Shown: positions 34,262-44,828 of the stretch, in pieces | How positions within the stretch are numbered: the first letter of the stretch is position 1 | How the letters are laid out: every line of letters begins with the position of its first letter | DNA from: an uncultured bacterium | Lineage (GTDB): Bacteria; Verrucomicrobiota; Verrucomicrobiia; Limisphaerales; UBA8199 | Length of the DNA: 64,000 nt | Direction of reading: 5' to 3' | Assembly: GCA_963749495.1 (NCBI GenBank) | Contig: CAVVMW010000019.1 | Location: forward strand, 1-64,000 | The notes under the pieces: model-generated | Seen by the model: only the letters and a program-made list of their open reading frames with translations | Told to the model about the DNA's origin: nothing | The model's database searches: none | Program-made: the position numbers and the translations under genes

Positions 34262-34487
34262 GTTCCGTCCACCAGGTTCGGCTCCGGTGTTTCCGGCAGC
34301 AGGTGGTAGTGGTTGCGCATCATCACCCAGGCGTGGATGCGCCAGCCCGTCTTTTCGCAGGCCTCGGCCAGAGTGCCCAGCCAGAGCCGCCGGTCGTGGT
34401 CGTTCCCGCAGGTGTCAGGGCCCTGGTTGCCGCGGGCCATGACGTGATAAGTCGCGCCGCCATATTCGATGCGAATCTTGCGAGCCC
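34262..34487 (-). pseudogene. RAYT N-terminal fragment
   Basis: ARKIRIEYGGATYHVMARGN...IHAWVMMRNHYHLLPETPEPNL (HUH motif), truncated. Confidence 0.8.
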
Positions 34488-34560
34488 TGCCCGCATGCTC
34501 CGCAACATGTGCCAACTGTCAACACCAATTCAGAATTCCGGGACTGAGCCCTTCGACTCG

Positions 34561-35147
34561 ACAAGGCCGCGCTGCCCGTCATCCGGCAGGAGAAGCCCGC
34601 CAACGGTTTTCTCATGCGCGGCATCGCCCATCAGCCCAAGATCCCCCTCTTCGAAGACCGTTACAAGCTCCGTCCCGCCTGCCTGGCGGTTTATCCCATG
34701 TACAAGGGCCTGGCCCAACTCGTCGGCATGAAGAAACTGGAGGGGCCCCAGACCATCCAGGAGCAATTCCAACAATACATCGCCCAACACGACAACTTCG
34801 ATTTCTTCTTCATCCACTTCAAGTACACCGACAAGTACGGCGAGGACGGCAACTTCGCGGCCAAGAAGAAGGCCATCGAGGAGTTCGACGCCGCGCTGCC
34901 GATTCTGCTGGGCCGCAAGCCGGACGTGCTGGCCATCACGGGCGACCACTCGACGCCCTCTGTCCTCAAAGGCCACTCCTGGCACCCCCAGCCGGTGCTG
35001 CTGCACTCCCCTTACAGCGGCTCGGACAAGCTCGAACGATTCACCGAAACCGGCGCCAACCGCAGCTCGCTCGGCCTCTTCGAGGCCAAGTACCTCATCC
35101 GCTTCATGCAGGCCAACGCCCGGATGCTCGACAAGTTCGGGGCGTGA
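34561..35147 (+). pseudogene. apgM: duplicated 3' half of apgM (direct repeat of 28185-28771)
   Basis: 587-bp near-identical copy lacking the N-terminal half. Confidence 0.9.
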
Positions 35148-35352
35148 GGGCAGAGGCGCGAGGGGCGAGGCGCTTCGCCAGGAGGGGTCGCGCGGCGGAA
35201 ATCGCGAAGCGTTTTGGACTGCGCCAGTCCTCTGGCGCTTTTTTGATCCCTGGGGGAGCAAAAGCGGCAGAGGACTGCCGCAGTCCAAAACCTTGCGGGC
35301 TTCGCGGCGGCCTGCGGATAATCACACCGTCCCACACCCCAGAGCTCCGTGC

Positions 35353-37406
35353 TCATTTACCCGCGGCGGGATCCATTGGGACGGAGCAGGTGAGCAGGGT
35401 GCCGTGGGCGCCGGTGCCTTTGATAGCCAGAGAGCCGCCGATGAGGCTGGCGCGGTAATTCATGATGCGCAGGCCCATGCCGGTGTGGGAGTGGCTTTGG
35501 AGGTCGGGGAAGGGTATGCCGTTGTTCTGGACGGCGAGCTGGAGGTGGCCCTGGAGGTTGGCGAGGCTGAGGGCGACGCGTTTGGCCTTGCCGTGCTTGA
35601 TGGCGTTGGTGACGGCTTCCTGGGCGATTTTGTACAACTGGGCGACGGTGTTGCGGTTGAGCGGGGGGATGGGGCCTTGGGCCTTGAAGCGGCAGGAGAT
35701 TCCGAAGAGTTGCTGTGTGTGGGCGGCCAGGTCGTCGAGCGCGGCGGGCAGGTCGTTTTCCTTGAGGTCGAGCGTGGTCAGGTCATGGGCGAGGTCGCTG
35801 GCATGGTTCATGGTCTGTTGGACCAGGTCATGGATTCGGGCGGCGTCCTGGGCCTCCTCGCTGCGGAGCTTGGCGAGCTTGAGTTCGAGGCCCTTGGTCA
35901 TGAGGGCGATGCCGGAGAGTCTCTGGCCCAGGTCGTCGTGCAGGTCCAGGCCGATGCGGCGCCGCTCCTTCTCGGTGATTTCGAGCAATTCCTGTTCCAG
36001 GCGTTCGCGTTCGCTCATGGCGGTCTGGAGCCTGGCGTTGGCGGTTTTGAGGTCCGCCGTGCGTTGCTGCACGCGCAACTCCAGGTCGTCGTGCGCCTTG
36101 CGCAGGGCCTCTTCGGCGTCGCGCCGCAGGACGAACTGGCCGATTTCCGTGCCGATGGCGCTCATCATGTTCAGCAGGACCAGGTCGGCCTTGAGCGGCG
36201 GACGGTGAAGAACTCGAGCACGCCGAAGAAGCCGTCGGCATTTTGAACGGGGAAGGCGACGGCGCTTTGGAGGCCGGCGCGGGCGGCGAAGTTGCGGCGT
36301 TCGAAGCCCGTGTCGCGGGCCAGGTCGGTAATCCAGATGGCGTGGCGCTCCTCCCAGACGCGCCCGGGCAGGCTGGCGCCCGGGGCAAAGGTGAAGCGGC
36401 GGTTTTCTTCGAGGAAGGCGCGGAGCGGCGCGGCGGGGTTGCGCACGGCCAGGCAGCCGGGCGCAAGGAGCTTTCCGAGGGGCTTGAGGACCCACAAGGC
36501 GCCCAGGTCGGCCTCGAGCCCTTCCAAGAGCATCTGCACGATTTCGGGCGCGGCTTCGTCGAGGGTTTTGCTCCGGGCCAGAATGCGTGTGATGGCATGC
36601 TCGGCGGCGAGCCGGGTTTCGGCCCGTTTGCGTTCGGTTATGTCGGAGATGGCGCTGACCCAGCCGGTGACCTGGCCGGAGGTGTCCTTGAGGGGCGTGG
36701 CCTGGAGGAGCACGTCGAGGCGTTCGCCATTGCGGCGGCGGAAGCTCAACTCCAGGGCAGGGGCGGGAGCGGGCTGCTCGCTGGCGACTTTGCCCAGTGC
36801 GGCGGTGATGGTCTGGATGTGCTCCGAGGGCCAATAGACAAAGGGCGGGTGCGCGCCGACCAGTTCGGCCTCGCTCCAGCCGACCATGGCGCAGAAGGCG
36901 GGATTGACGTAGGTCTGACGGCCGCGGAGATCCACCGCGGCGATGCCGGCCGGGACCGAATTTTCGATGGCCTCGCGGAAGCTGTGTTCGAGCTTGAGCC
37001 GTTCCTCGGCCTGGCGTTGCTCGCGCCGCACGGCCGCCTCGCGCAACTCGCGCTGGACCGCCGGGCCGAGCCGCGAGAGGTTGTTCTTCATCACGTAATC
37101 GTGCGCGCCCGCCTTCATCGCAGCCACGGCGGTGTCATCGGTGATGTGGCCCGAGACAATGATGAAGGGCGCGTCCAGGCCCTTTTCCCGCACGAGCGCC
37201 AGGGCCTCCAGGCCGTCGAAATGCGGCAGCAGGTAATCGGCGATGATCAGGTCCCAGGCCTGGCGTTGGAGGGCGGCGCTCAAGGCAGGCAGTGTCTCAA
37301 CCCGTTCACAAACCGGCTGGTAACCGGCGCGCTCCAACTCCTGCCTCAGGAGCAGGAAGTCGTTCTCGTAATCCTCGACAATGAGGGTTTTCAATGGCGG
37401 GTTCAT
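35353..37406 (-). CDS. REC-PAS-GAF sensor histidine kinase (HisKA_3 type), frameshifted near 36190
   Basis: LIVED...GAHDYVMK receiver, PAS and GAF domains, ERRRIGLDLHDDLGQRL, EAVTNAIKH and GMGL. Confidence 0.85.
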
Positions 37407-39138
37407 GAGGCGGGGGTAATCGGGCCGGGGGACCGGCGGCGGGGGTGCTGGCAACACTCCAGTGTGTGGCGGGGAGCCCCATCGGGGCATCGTCCGGATC
37501 TGAGAGCGGCAGCGTGAAATAGAAGGTGGCGCCCTTCTCGACGGCGCCGAGGGCCCAGGCGCGCCCGCCATGGCGGCTGAGGATGCGCTGGACGGTGGCC
37601 AGGCCGATGCCCGAGCCGGGGAACTCGCTCGTCGAGTGGAGGCGCTGGAACACGCCGAAGAGCCTGCCGGCGCGGGCCATGTCGAACCCGGCCCCGTTGT
37701 CGCGGACGAAGAAGGCGGGCTGGGGCCCGGCCACGGTGCCGACCTCGATGCAGGCGCGGGGTTTATAGCGCGTGAATTTCCAGGCGTTGCTCATGAGGTT
37801 CTGCAAGGCGATGCGCAACAGGCGCTCGTCGCCCTCGGCGCGGAGATTGGGCGCAATGAGGAATTGGGCGGCGCGGGCCGGCTTCGCGGCGCGCAGTTCG
37901 GCGGCGATCGAGCTGGCCATCGCGCTGAGGTTGACGGGCCGCCGGAGTATCTCGCTGCGGCCGACCCGGGAAAGGTTGAGCAGGTCCTCGATCAAGCCGT
38001 CCATCTGGCGGCAGGATTCGCAGGCGCGCCGGAGGAGGTCCTGGCAGTTGGCATCGAGCTGGGAGCGGTGGCGTTCGAGCAGGATCTGGCTGAAGCCGAG
38101 CATGCTGCGCAGCGGGGCGCGCAAATCATGGGAAACCGAATACGCGAAGGCCTCCAGCTCTTTGTTGGCGGCCTGCAAGAGGGCCGTGCGCTCGCCGACC
38201 CGCCGTTCCAGGCGCTGCTCGGAGGCGCGCAGTTGACCTTCCGTGCGCTCCTGTTGCGTCGCGTCCGCCGCCAGGACCAGGGCCATGACCGCGCTCACCC
38301 CGATAAAGCCTTGCAGCGTCAGCATCGAGAGCGTCCAATCCCCGCCGGCAAAAGGCCCCAGGCCGCGCGCCGTCCCGATGGCTGCCAGGCTCGACAGGAC
38401 GATGAGGCTGGTCGTAGTGCCGGCCTGGCCAAAACGAAGCGCCGGCCACAACAGAATCGGCATCAGCAGATAAGAACGCAGACCGTGCCCTGTCTGGGGG
38501 ACAAACTCGCCCTCAAAGATGGCCAGGCACAGCAGGACCAGCAGCGCCTCCAGCGCCAGGAACTCAATCAGCCGCTTCCGGTCCAGGGCCCGGACAGGCC
38601 CCTGGCCCAGCGCCATCAGCCACGGAGCCACCAGCACCACCCCGACTGCCTCGGCCCGCCACCACGCCCACCAGAGATTGGAGGCCTCCTGCCCTTTGGC
38701 CAACCCGGCCAGCCAGAAGCTGCCCAGGCGCAGCGTCGGACCGATGATGGCGCTCAGCAGGGCACCCAAGGCTACAAACCAAAAGACCGCCTGGGGCCGC
38801 TCCAGGGCAGCCCGCCCCCCGGCAAACCGCCGGACCAGCCATGCGCCGGCCAAGGCCTCGAGGGTGCTGCCAATGGCTGCGCCCGCACAGAGCGCCGCGA
38901 CAACCAAGGGGGCGCCCGGCCGCGCCGCAGGCCCTGCCAGGCCCGCCACAAACGCGCCCAGCAACACCCCAGGCCAGGCCTGCCAGCCCAGCCACAGCAC
39001 CGCCGCCAGGCCCAAACCCGCCGGCGGCCAGAAGGGCCAGGCCGCCGCCGTTCCCGAGGGTTGCAGCGCCAAGCCAAACTGGGCGGCCAGCAAGTATGCC
39101 ACTGCCAGGCCGGCCAGGGTCAATAGTTTGACTTTCAT
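37306..39138 (-). CDS. MASE1-domain sensor histidine kinase
   Basis: FWPPAG MASE1 motif, FAYSVSHDLRAPLR, NLMSNAWKF, DNGAGFD and GSGIGLA. Confidence 0.9.
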   Translation of the reverse strand: MKVKLLTLAGLAVAYLLAAQFGLALQPSGTAAAWPFWPPAGLGLAAVLWLGWQAWPGVLLGAFVAGLAGPAARPGAPLVVAALCAGAAIGSTLEALAGAWLVRRFAGGRAALERPQAVFWFVALGALLSAIIGPTLRLGSFWLAGLAKGQEASNLWWAWWRAEAVGVVLVAPWLMALGQGPVRALDRKRLIEFLALEALLVLLCLAIFEGEFVPQTGHGLRSYLLMPILLWPALRFGQAGTTTSLIVLSSLAAIGTARGLGPFAGGDWTLSMLTLQGFIGVSAVMALVLAADATQQERTEGQLRASEQRLERRVGERTALLQAANKELEAFAYSVSHDLRAPLRSMLGFSQILLERHRSQLDANCQDLLRRACESCRQMDGLIEDLLNLSRVGRSEILRRPVNLSAMASSIAAELRAAKPARAAQFLIAPNLRAEGDERLLRIALQNLMSNAWKFTRYKPRACIEVGTVAGPQPAFFVRDNGAGFDMARAGRLFGVFQRLHSTSEFPGSGIGLATVQRILSRHGGRAWALGAVEKGATFYFTLPLSDPDDAPMGLPATHWSVASTPAAGPPARLPPPHEPAIENPHCRGLRERLPAPEAGVGARRLPAGL

Positions 39139-39713
39139 CGCACCTGCGGCTCCGGACCGGGTCCTGCCGCGCTCCCCCCTGCCTTTGGGTCGCAGGCGGG
39201 CGGGCGGGCAACCGGCCCCTGGCGCCCGCGCCTCCGTGGACGAACGAACTCGCAATCGCGATTACTTTCGCGCAAGGGACTTTCAGCCACGACATTTTCG
39301 CGCGCACCGACTATGGGGCAATTGCCCAAAATGGGCATGGGGTGAATACCCCATGGACAGACCCCGGCGCAATCGCAATCGGAAACGCCATACATACGCG
39401 GCTTGAGCTTCCGCCCGCTGCCATCCGGGGAATTGGCACGCTGGCGTTCACAGGCCAAAGGCGATTCATACCAGGGCAGGGCAACGCCCTACTGCGCCGG
39501 ACTTTGAGTGACTTTCAGGACCTTTGTCGCAGCCTTGGTTGACATCCGGCTGAGCTCGACAAAGGTTGCGACAAAGGCTGCGACAAAGATACCAAATTCA
39601 GACCGACCGGATAGTCTGGACAACGCGTCCGTTGGGTGTGAACTCAAGTGCGCGCCAATCACAAGTGTGACATTTGTCTTGCACACCGCTCGACAGTTAG
39701 AAAGACCAGGACC

Positions 39714-40564
39714 ATGCAAATGCCAATGAGAATGGGACGTTGTAACTCAACAGGGGCAAGCCGACTCGTGATCGCATTGGCAGGGCTTGCAATCTTAGCT
39801 GCCTGCCCTGAGGCATGCGCGCAAGGCAGGACGTACACGAACCGGAGCGCATTCATAGCAGCGTGCCAAGGCCTGGCAGGGGTACGGCAGGAGATTTCAT
39901 TCGAGCCGTACTTGCACGCGAGCCCCTACGGGCAGGAGGGATGGTACATGCACTCGCTGACGGTCTCCAACGTCACGTTTGCCGGGGACATCCAAGTGCT
40001 GGAGCAGAGCACATCCATCGAGGGCGAGGCGGCGGTGTGCAACTTCGACGAGAGCGTGCCCTTGGCGATCCACTTTCAAAACGGCGCCCTCGCCTTTGGC
40101 GCGGATTTCTGAGCCTGCTGTATCCTTACAACACATCCAATTTCACCGCCACGATCACCATAGAAGGGGGCGACACGTTCAGCTTCGCATGCGTGCCGGG
40201 GCCCGGCTCGACCTTTTTCGGGTTCATCGAGAGCGGCTCGCTCCGAGACATGACCTTCAGTGATGGCGCGGCATTCACGCATTCAGCGACGGGGCCAATG
40301 CACGAGGAGCTCATTGGCAACCTGTATATGGTGGCAACCGCGCCAGGGCCGCCGATTCTGACAGCGCCCTCACTCCTGCCGGACGGTTCGATGCACTTTA
40401 CATTGCAGGGCGATGCCGGGTTTGCCTATTTACTCGAGGCCTCGACCAACCTGGCGGACTGGACACCCCTGGGGACGTTGGTCGCCACGAACGGCACGGC
40501 GCCGTTCGTGGACGCCGCCGCCACGAACTACAACCGCCGATTCTACCGCGCCGTGGCGCCGTAG
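39714..40564 (+). CDS. secreted protein with PVC-type C-terminal domain, frameshifted near 40110
   Basis: Signal peptide; C-terminus LEASTNLADW...RRFYRAV. Confidence 0.6.
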
Positions 40565-41078
40565 CGCGGCTCTGGATAATTGACCTAAGAACGGGAGTTG
40601 ATGAACCGCAAAGAGCGCAAAGAACACAAAGATGAGCACTCACAGACAAGACTGGCCTCACCCGTCAAAGGACGCGGGCAGATCATGACCGCATTGTTTC
40701 TCTGCGATCTTTGCGTTCTCTGTGGTTGAACTGCTTTTCCCAGGATTAATCGGGCGTACCTGTTCGCCTACGGGCGCCGGTTGGTGGAGCCTGTGACCGC
40801 ACCAGGACGAGAATCGAGGACGTCACAAACGGCGCCGCGATGCAACGCCCTCGGCGCAGCCGGCCACATTGGGCGGTGACCCAGGGCAGCGCGTTCCGCG
40901 CAGCCTTGGGCTGAGTGATTGTCATTCCTTCCGGATGGAGGGAACCCAGTGAAGTCCCGGGAAACTGAAAACTGGAAGCACGCAGGGAAAAAATCGCGTC
41001 GGAACGAGGTTGCGATCAAACGCAGATCAGACATGCCCCGTGCTTGTGGTATTGAAGCTGGGCGAGTATCATTCACTG

Positions 41079-41303
41079 ATGAATAAACGGATTTCGATCA
41101 AACCGGATGTTTGCAACGGCCGGCCAGTGATTCGCGGCACGCGCATTGCGGTGCAGACGGTCCTGGAATTCCTCGCGGCCGGTGATTCCGTCGAAGACGT
41201 GCTCGAGGAATATCCAAGACTCACCCGAGCTGACGTGCAAGCGTGCTTGAATTACGCCTCGCGGCTCATGGGCAATCATTTCTCCGTGGCGCCCCTGGCA
41301 TGA
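41079..41303 (+). CDS. DUF433 antitoxin
   Basis: PDVCNGRPVIRGTRIAV...EEYPRLT..DVQACLNYA. Confidence 0.88.
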   Translation: MNKRISIKPDVCNGRPVIRGTRIAVQTVLEFLAAGDSVEDVLEEYPRLTRADVQACLNYASRLMGNHFSVAPLA

Positions 41304-41641
41304 AGGGGTTTCTCTTTGACGAAAACTCGCCCGCAAGGCTACGGTTTTTGCCGAGGCTTCCGATTGTCCCGGCCTCCAAAATTGGCCACAACCCGTCCGA
41401 CTCACAGATTTGGGAATTTGCCCGGAAGCATGATTTGGTGATCGTGAGCAAGGATGCGGATTTTTCGGATCGGATCATCACGAATTCGCCGCCGCCGCGA
41501 GTGGTGCACCTACGGTTCGGTAATCTCCGCAAAAGCGAATTTCACGCCTTGCTCGTTCGTGTCTGGCCGCAGATCGAAACGCTCTTGAAATCCCACAAGT
41601 TGGTGAACGTTTACGCTGAACGCCTTGAAGCAATTGGCTGA
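41300..41641 (+). CDS. DUF5615 PIN-like toxin
   Basis: FLFDENS, SDSQIWEFA, IVSKDADF and HLRFGN; ATGA-coupled to DUF433. Confidence 0.85.
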   Translation: MKGFLFDENSPARLRFLPRLPIVPASKIGHNPSDSQIWEFARKHDLVIVSKDADFSDRIITNSPPPRVVHLRFGNLRKSEFHALLVRVWPQIETLLKSHKLVNVYAERLEAIG

Positions 41642-42403
41642 AGCGCCCGGGCATTCGTAATGCGCATGCTTGATTGGTCCTGAGGAACAAGTTCGAGTTA
41701 CGCGATCCAGACCTCGGCCAACATGGCTGACTGGACGCCCCTGGGGACGTTGGTCGCCACGAACGGCACGGCGCCGTTCGTGGACGCCGCCGCCGCGAAC
41801 TACAGCCGCCGCCTTTACCGCCCCGTCGCGCCGTAGGGCGGCTGTGGACAACTAACTGGACGTAATGGTTCGGGTAGCGGCGCCAGTTGGTGGCGCCTGC
41901 GGCGCAACCAGGACAAGAACCGAGGACGGCACAAACTTCGCCGCGATGCAACGCTCTCAGCGTAGCCGGCCACATTGGGCGGTGACCCAGGGTAGCGCGT
42001 GCCGCGCAACAGAAAAAGGAATGTAGAGAACGCGGGGGCGAGATAATCCGGGACTCGGGAATACAGAAGTGACTTTGGAGAAGTTGGGACCGCCCCCGTG
42101 TTCTTTACATTCCTGGGTTGAACGAAGCCGCGGCCCAAGGTTCGTTGGGCCATCCTTGGGGGTACTGCGGAAAGTGCCGGATCTGGCTTTGACTACGGTG
42201 TGCGGTCGAGGCTTTTGGGGACGGGTCAGAGCCGTGCCAAGCTGCGCCAGTCCCGGTGCTGACTGGGCAGCAGCGTCGTGGAGGTTCCGGGATCGGCCGC
42301 CGGCCCCTTGGGACGCTGAAGCGGGTGCCACGCGAACAAAGCGCGGGGGTGGGAGTTGGCCCCCCAGCCGGAACGAGCAGTGAGGTGGTCCAGGGCGTGG
42401 TTT

Positions 42404-43624
42404 TCATGGCGGCCTGATGGTGCGGCGGACGCCGAGGGGGGAGCCGTCGGGCAAGTGGATGACGTTGTCCCATGGGCGCCAGGAGCCGACCAGGACCAAC
42501 CCGGTGCCACAATGCGGACAAAGCAGGGGTGTGGGCTGGGCGGAGACTCCTTGAGCGGCCAAGGCCGGGTCAGTCGGCGGGCTGGAGGTCGGAGGCTGCC
42601 AAGCGGCTTGCTCGGCCGCCAAGAGTAAGGGCGGTATTTTGAGCAGGGCTCGGATGCGGTTGAACTGGGCGCGTCCCCCTGGATGGAGCCAGCCAAAGCG
42701 GCGGACCCGATGGAATCTGGGCGGCAGGACGTGCTGGAGGAAGCGGCGGAGGAACTCGAAGGGGGCCATGTCGATGTGGCCCCAAGCCCCCGTGGCACTG
42801 TGGCGGAAGGGCCAGCGCAAGCGTCCGTCAGCCAGCAATTGGAGTTGGCGATTGCCGGTGGCGGTTTTAAACACGTAACGGCTAAGGTAGCGCAACGCCT
42901 TTTGGCCCCTGCCGACAGCAGCGCTGTGAACGACCCAGCGTTGCTGCCAGAGGTTGGCCGGGAGGTCATCAAGGGCCTCGGGCATCTGCTCTTGGAGTGC
43001 CTGGTGGTAAAGCGTGCGGCAGCGATCGCTCAGGGCTTTGACCGGCAACAGGAACCGAGGGCGGCTGGAGATCCACTGGCGCTGGTCCGGGCTGAGGCCC
43101 CCGCCGGGCACCAGGTAGTGGACGTGGGGATGGTATTCGAGGGTGCGCGTCCAGGTGTGGAGCACGCCCAGCATACCGAGGGTGGCGCCGAGGCGTTTGG
43201 GATTTTGAGCCAGATCCTGCAGGGCCTGGGAACTGGCGGCCAGGAGCAGGTCATAGCCCTTTTGGGGGTGAGAGCGGATCCAGCGGCGCAAGCCGTTGGG
43301 CACGGTGAAGGTGACCAGGAAATAGTTCACCGGCAGCAACAGGGCGCTATTCTCATCAAGCCACTGCTGGGCATCCTGGCCGCCGCACTGCGGGCAGTGC
43401 CGGTCGTTGCAGGAGTGATAACTGAAGTGGCGGTGGTCGCACTTGGGGCAACAGTACATCGCCCCGCCCAGGGCCGGGGTGCGGCAAGCCAAGAGGCGTT
43501 GCAGCACCCGGCACTGGCGGGTGGGCATGGCAGCTCCGAACTGCTCCAGATAGGCCGGAGCCCATCGGCACAACACTTCGTGGACGGATAAGGAGCTGCC
43601 GCTGTCCTGAGCGGCTGCGGCCAT
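42404..43624 (-). CDS. IS91-family (Y2) transposase
   Basis: Zn domain CRT...HSCNDRHCPQC, HTW..LEYHPHVH (HUH), YLSRYVFK and FLRRFLQHVLP. Confidence 0.93.
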   Translation of the reverse strand: MAAAAQDSGSSLSVHEVLCRWAPAYLEQFGAAMPTRQCRVLQRLLACRTPALGGAMYCCPKCDHRHFSYHSCNDRHCPQCGGQDAQQWLDENSALLLPVNYFLVTFTVPNGLRRWIRSHPQKGYDLLLAASSQALQDLAQNPKRLGATLGMLGVLHTWTRTLEYHPHVHYLVPGGGLSPDQRQWISSRPRFLLPVKALSDRCRTLYHQALQEQMPEALDDLPANLWQQRWVVHSAAVGRGQKALRYLSRYVFKTATGNRQLQLLADGRLRWPFRHSATGAWGHIDMAPFEFLRRFLQHVLPPRFHRVRRFGWLHPGGRAQFNRIRALLKIPPLLLAAEQAAWQPPTSSPPTDPALAAQGVSAQPTPLLCPHCGTGLVLVGSWRPWDNVIHLPDGSPLGVRRTIRPP

Positions 43625-43635
43625 TGAGAGGCCGC

Positions 43636-44525
43636 CTAGAGGTTGCCCATGAACTTGTTAATGCGCTGCTGGTGCTGAGTCTGACAGAGGGTGGTTAAGT
43701 GGGTGTAGATGACGGTGGTGACGGGGCTGTGATGGCCGAGGTTGACCTGCAATTGGCGGAGGTTTTCGCCTTGCTCCAGCAGGTGGGTGGCATAGCTGTG
43801 GCGCAGCGTATGAATGTGGGCCGCCTTTTTGATGCCGCTGGCGTGCAGGGCCAGACGGAAGGCTCGTTGCAGCGTGGTGCGGTTCATGGGCTCGGTGGCG
43901 GTAAGAGCGCCCAGACCGCTGTGGCCTTTAGCTGGGAAGAGCCATCGTGGATGGCGGTGGCTGCGCCAGAGTTCGCGCAGCAGTTCCAGGGTGCGCTGGG
44001 GCAAGGGCACATAACGGTCGCGGTTGCCCTTGCCCGCCCGGATGTGCAAGAACATCCGTTGGGAATCGATGTCGCCGACTTCCAGGTTGACGGCTTCGCC
44101 CAAGCGCAGGCCACAGGAGTAGATCGTCGTCAGGGCGACCCGATGGTCCAGAGGGCCAACCTGGGCGATAATCGTGCGCACCTCGGAGGCCGAGAGGATA
44201 ACTGGCAGCTTGAATTGGGGCGTGGCGCGCACAAACTCCAGTTCCGCGGGCCAGGGCCGCTGGAGGGTTTTCTCCCAGAAGAGTTTGATGGCACACAAAG
44301 CCTGCGTGGAGGTTTGGCGGGCCAAGTGCCGCTCGGTCTTGAGATGGATGAAATACTGGCGGAGTTCCTCGGCGCTCACCAAGTCGGGTGAGCGCTCAAA
44401 GTAATCGGAGAGTTGGCGCACACAGACCCAGTAGATCTCTTGGCTTCGGGGCTGGAGCGGCAGCAGAGCCAGGTCATCGGCAAAGCGGTTCAGGATTGCG
44501 TGAGGAGAACTTTTTTTATATGCAT
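43636..44525 (-). CDS. tyrosine recombinase (integron-integrase-like N-terminal SAM domain); start ambiguous at an A7 tract
   Basis: CGLRLGE, GKGNRDR, HTLRHSYATHL, LGH and IYTH. Confidence 0.9.
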
Positions 44526-44828
44526 AGCTGCGGTACTACAAGTTAATGGTGACGGTTTGCCGTGCGTCAATGCACGGCGAACCGTCATCAGTCTGTGGGA
44601 GTTCCGACCATAGGCCAACGCAAAACCAGCCCTCCAGCCTGCGAACTGCGGAGCCGCAGCACTTCCGTCTTCTCCGCCGCGTAGCGGCTTCGTTCAACCC
44701 TGGGCTGGATGATTGTCATCCCTTCGGGATGCACGGGCCGCAGGGCGTCTGCCCTGCGTGCCCTCGCCCCTCCCCCCTCGACACGGGGCTGGGCATAGCC
44801 GATAGCCGATCGCCAATAGCCTCGCCCC

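Larger units (their letters stand above)
42011..44698 (-). mobile_element. IS91-family element with upstream tyrosine recombinase, copy 1
   Basis: Near-identical to 51060-53770 in inverted orientation; CAAC at both junctions; interrupts a REP. Confidence 0.9.
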
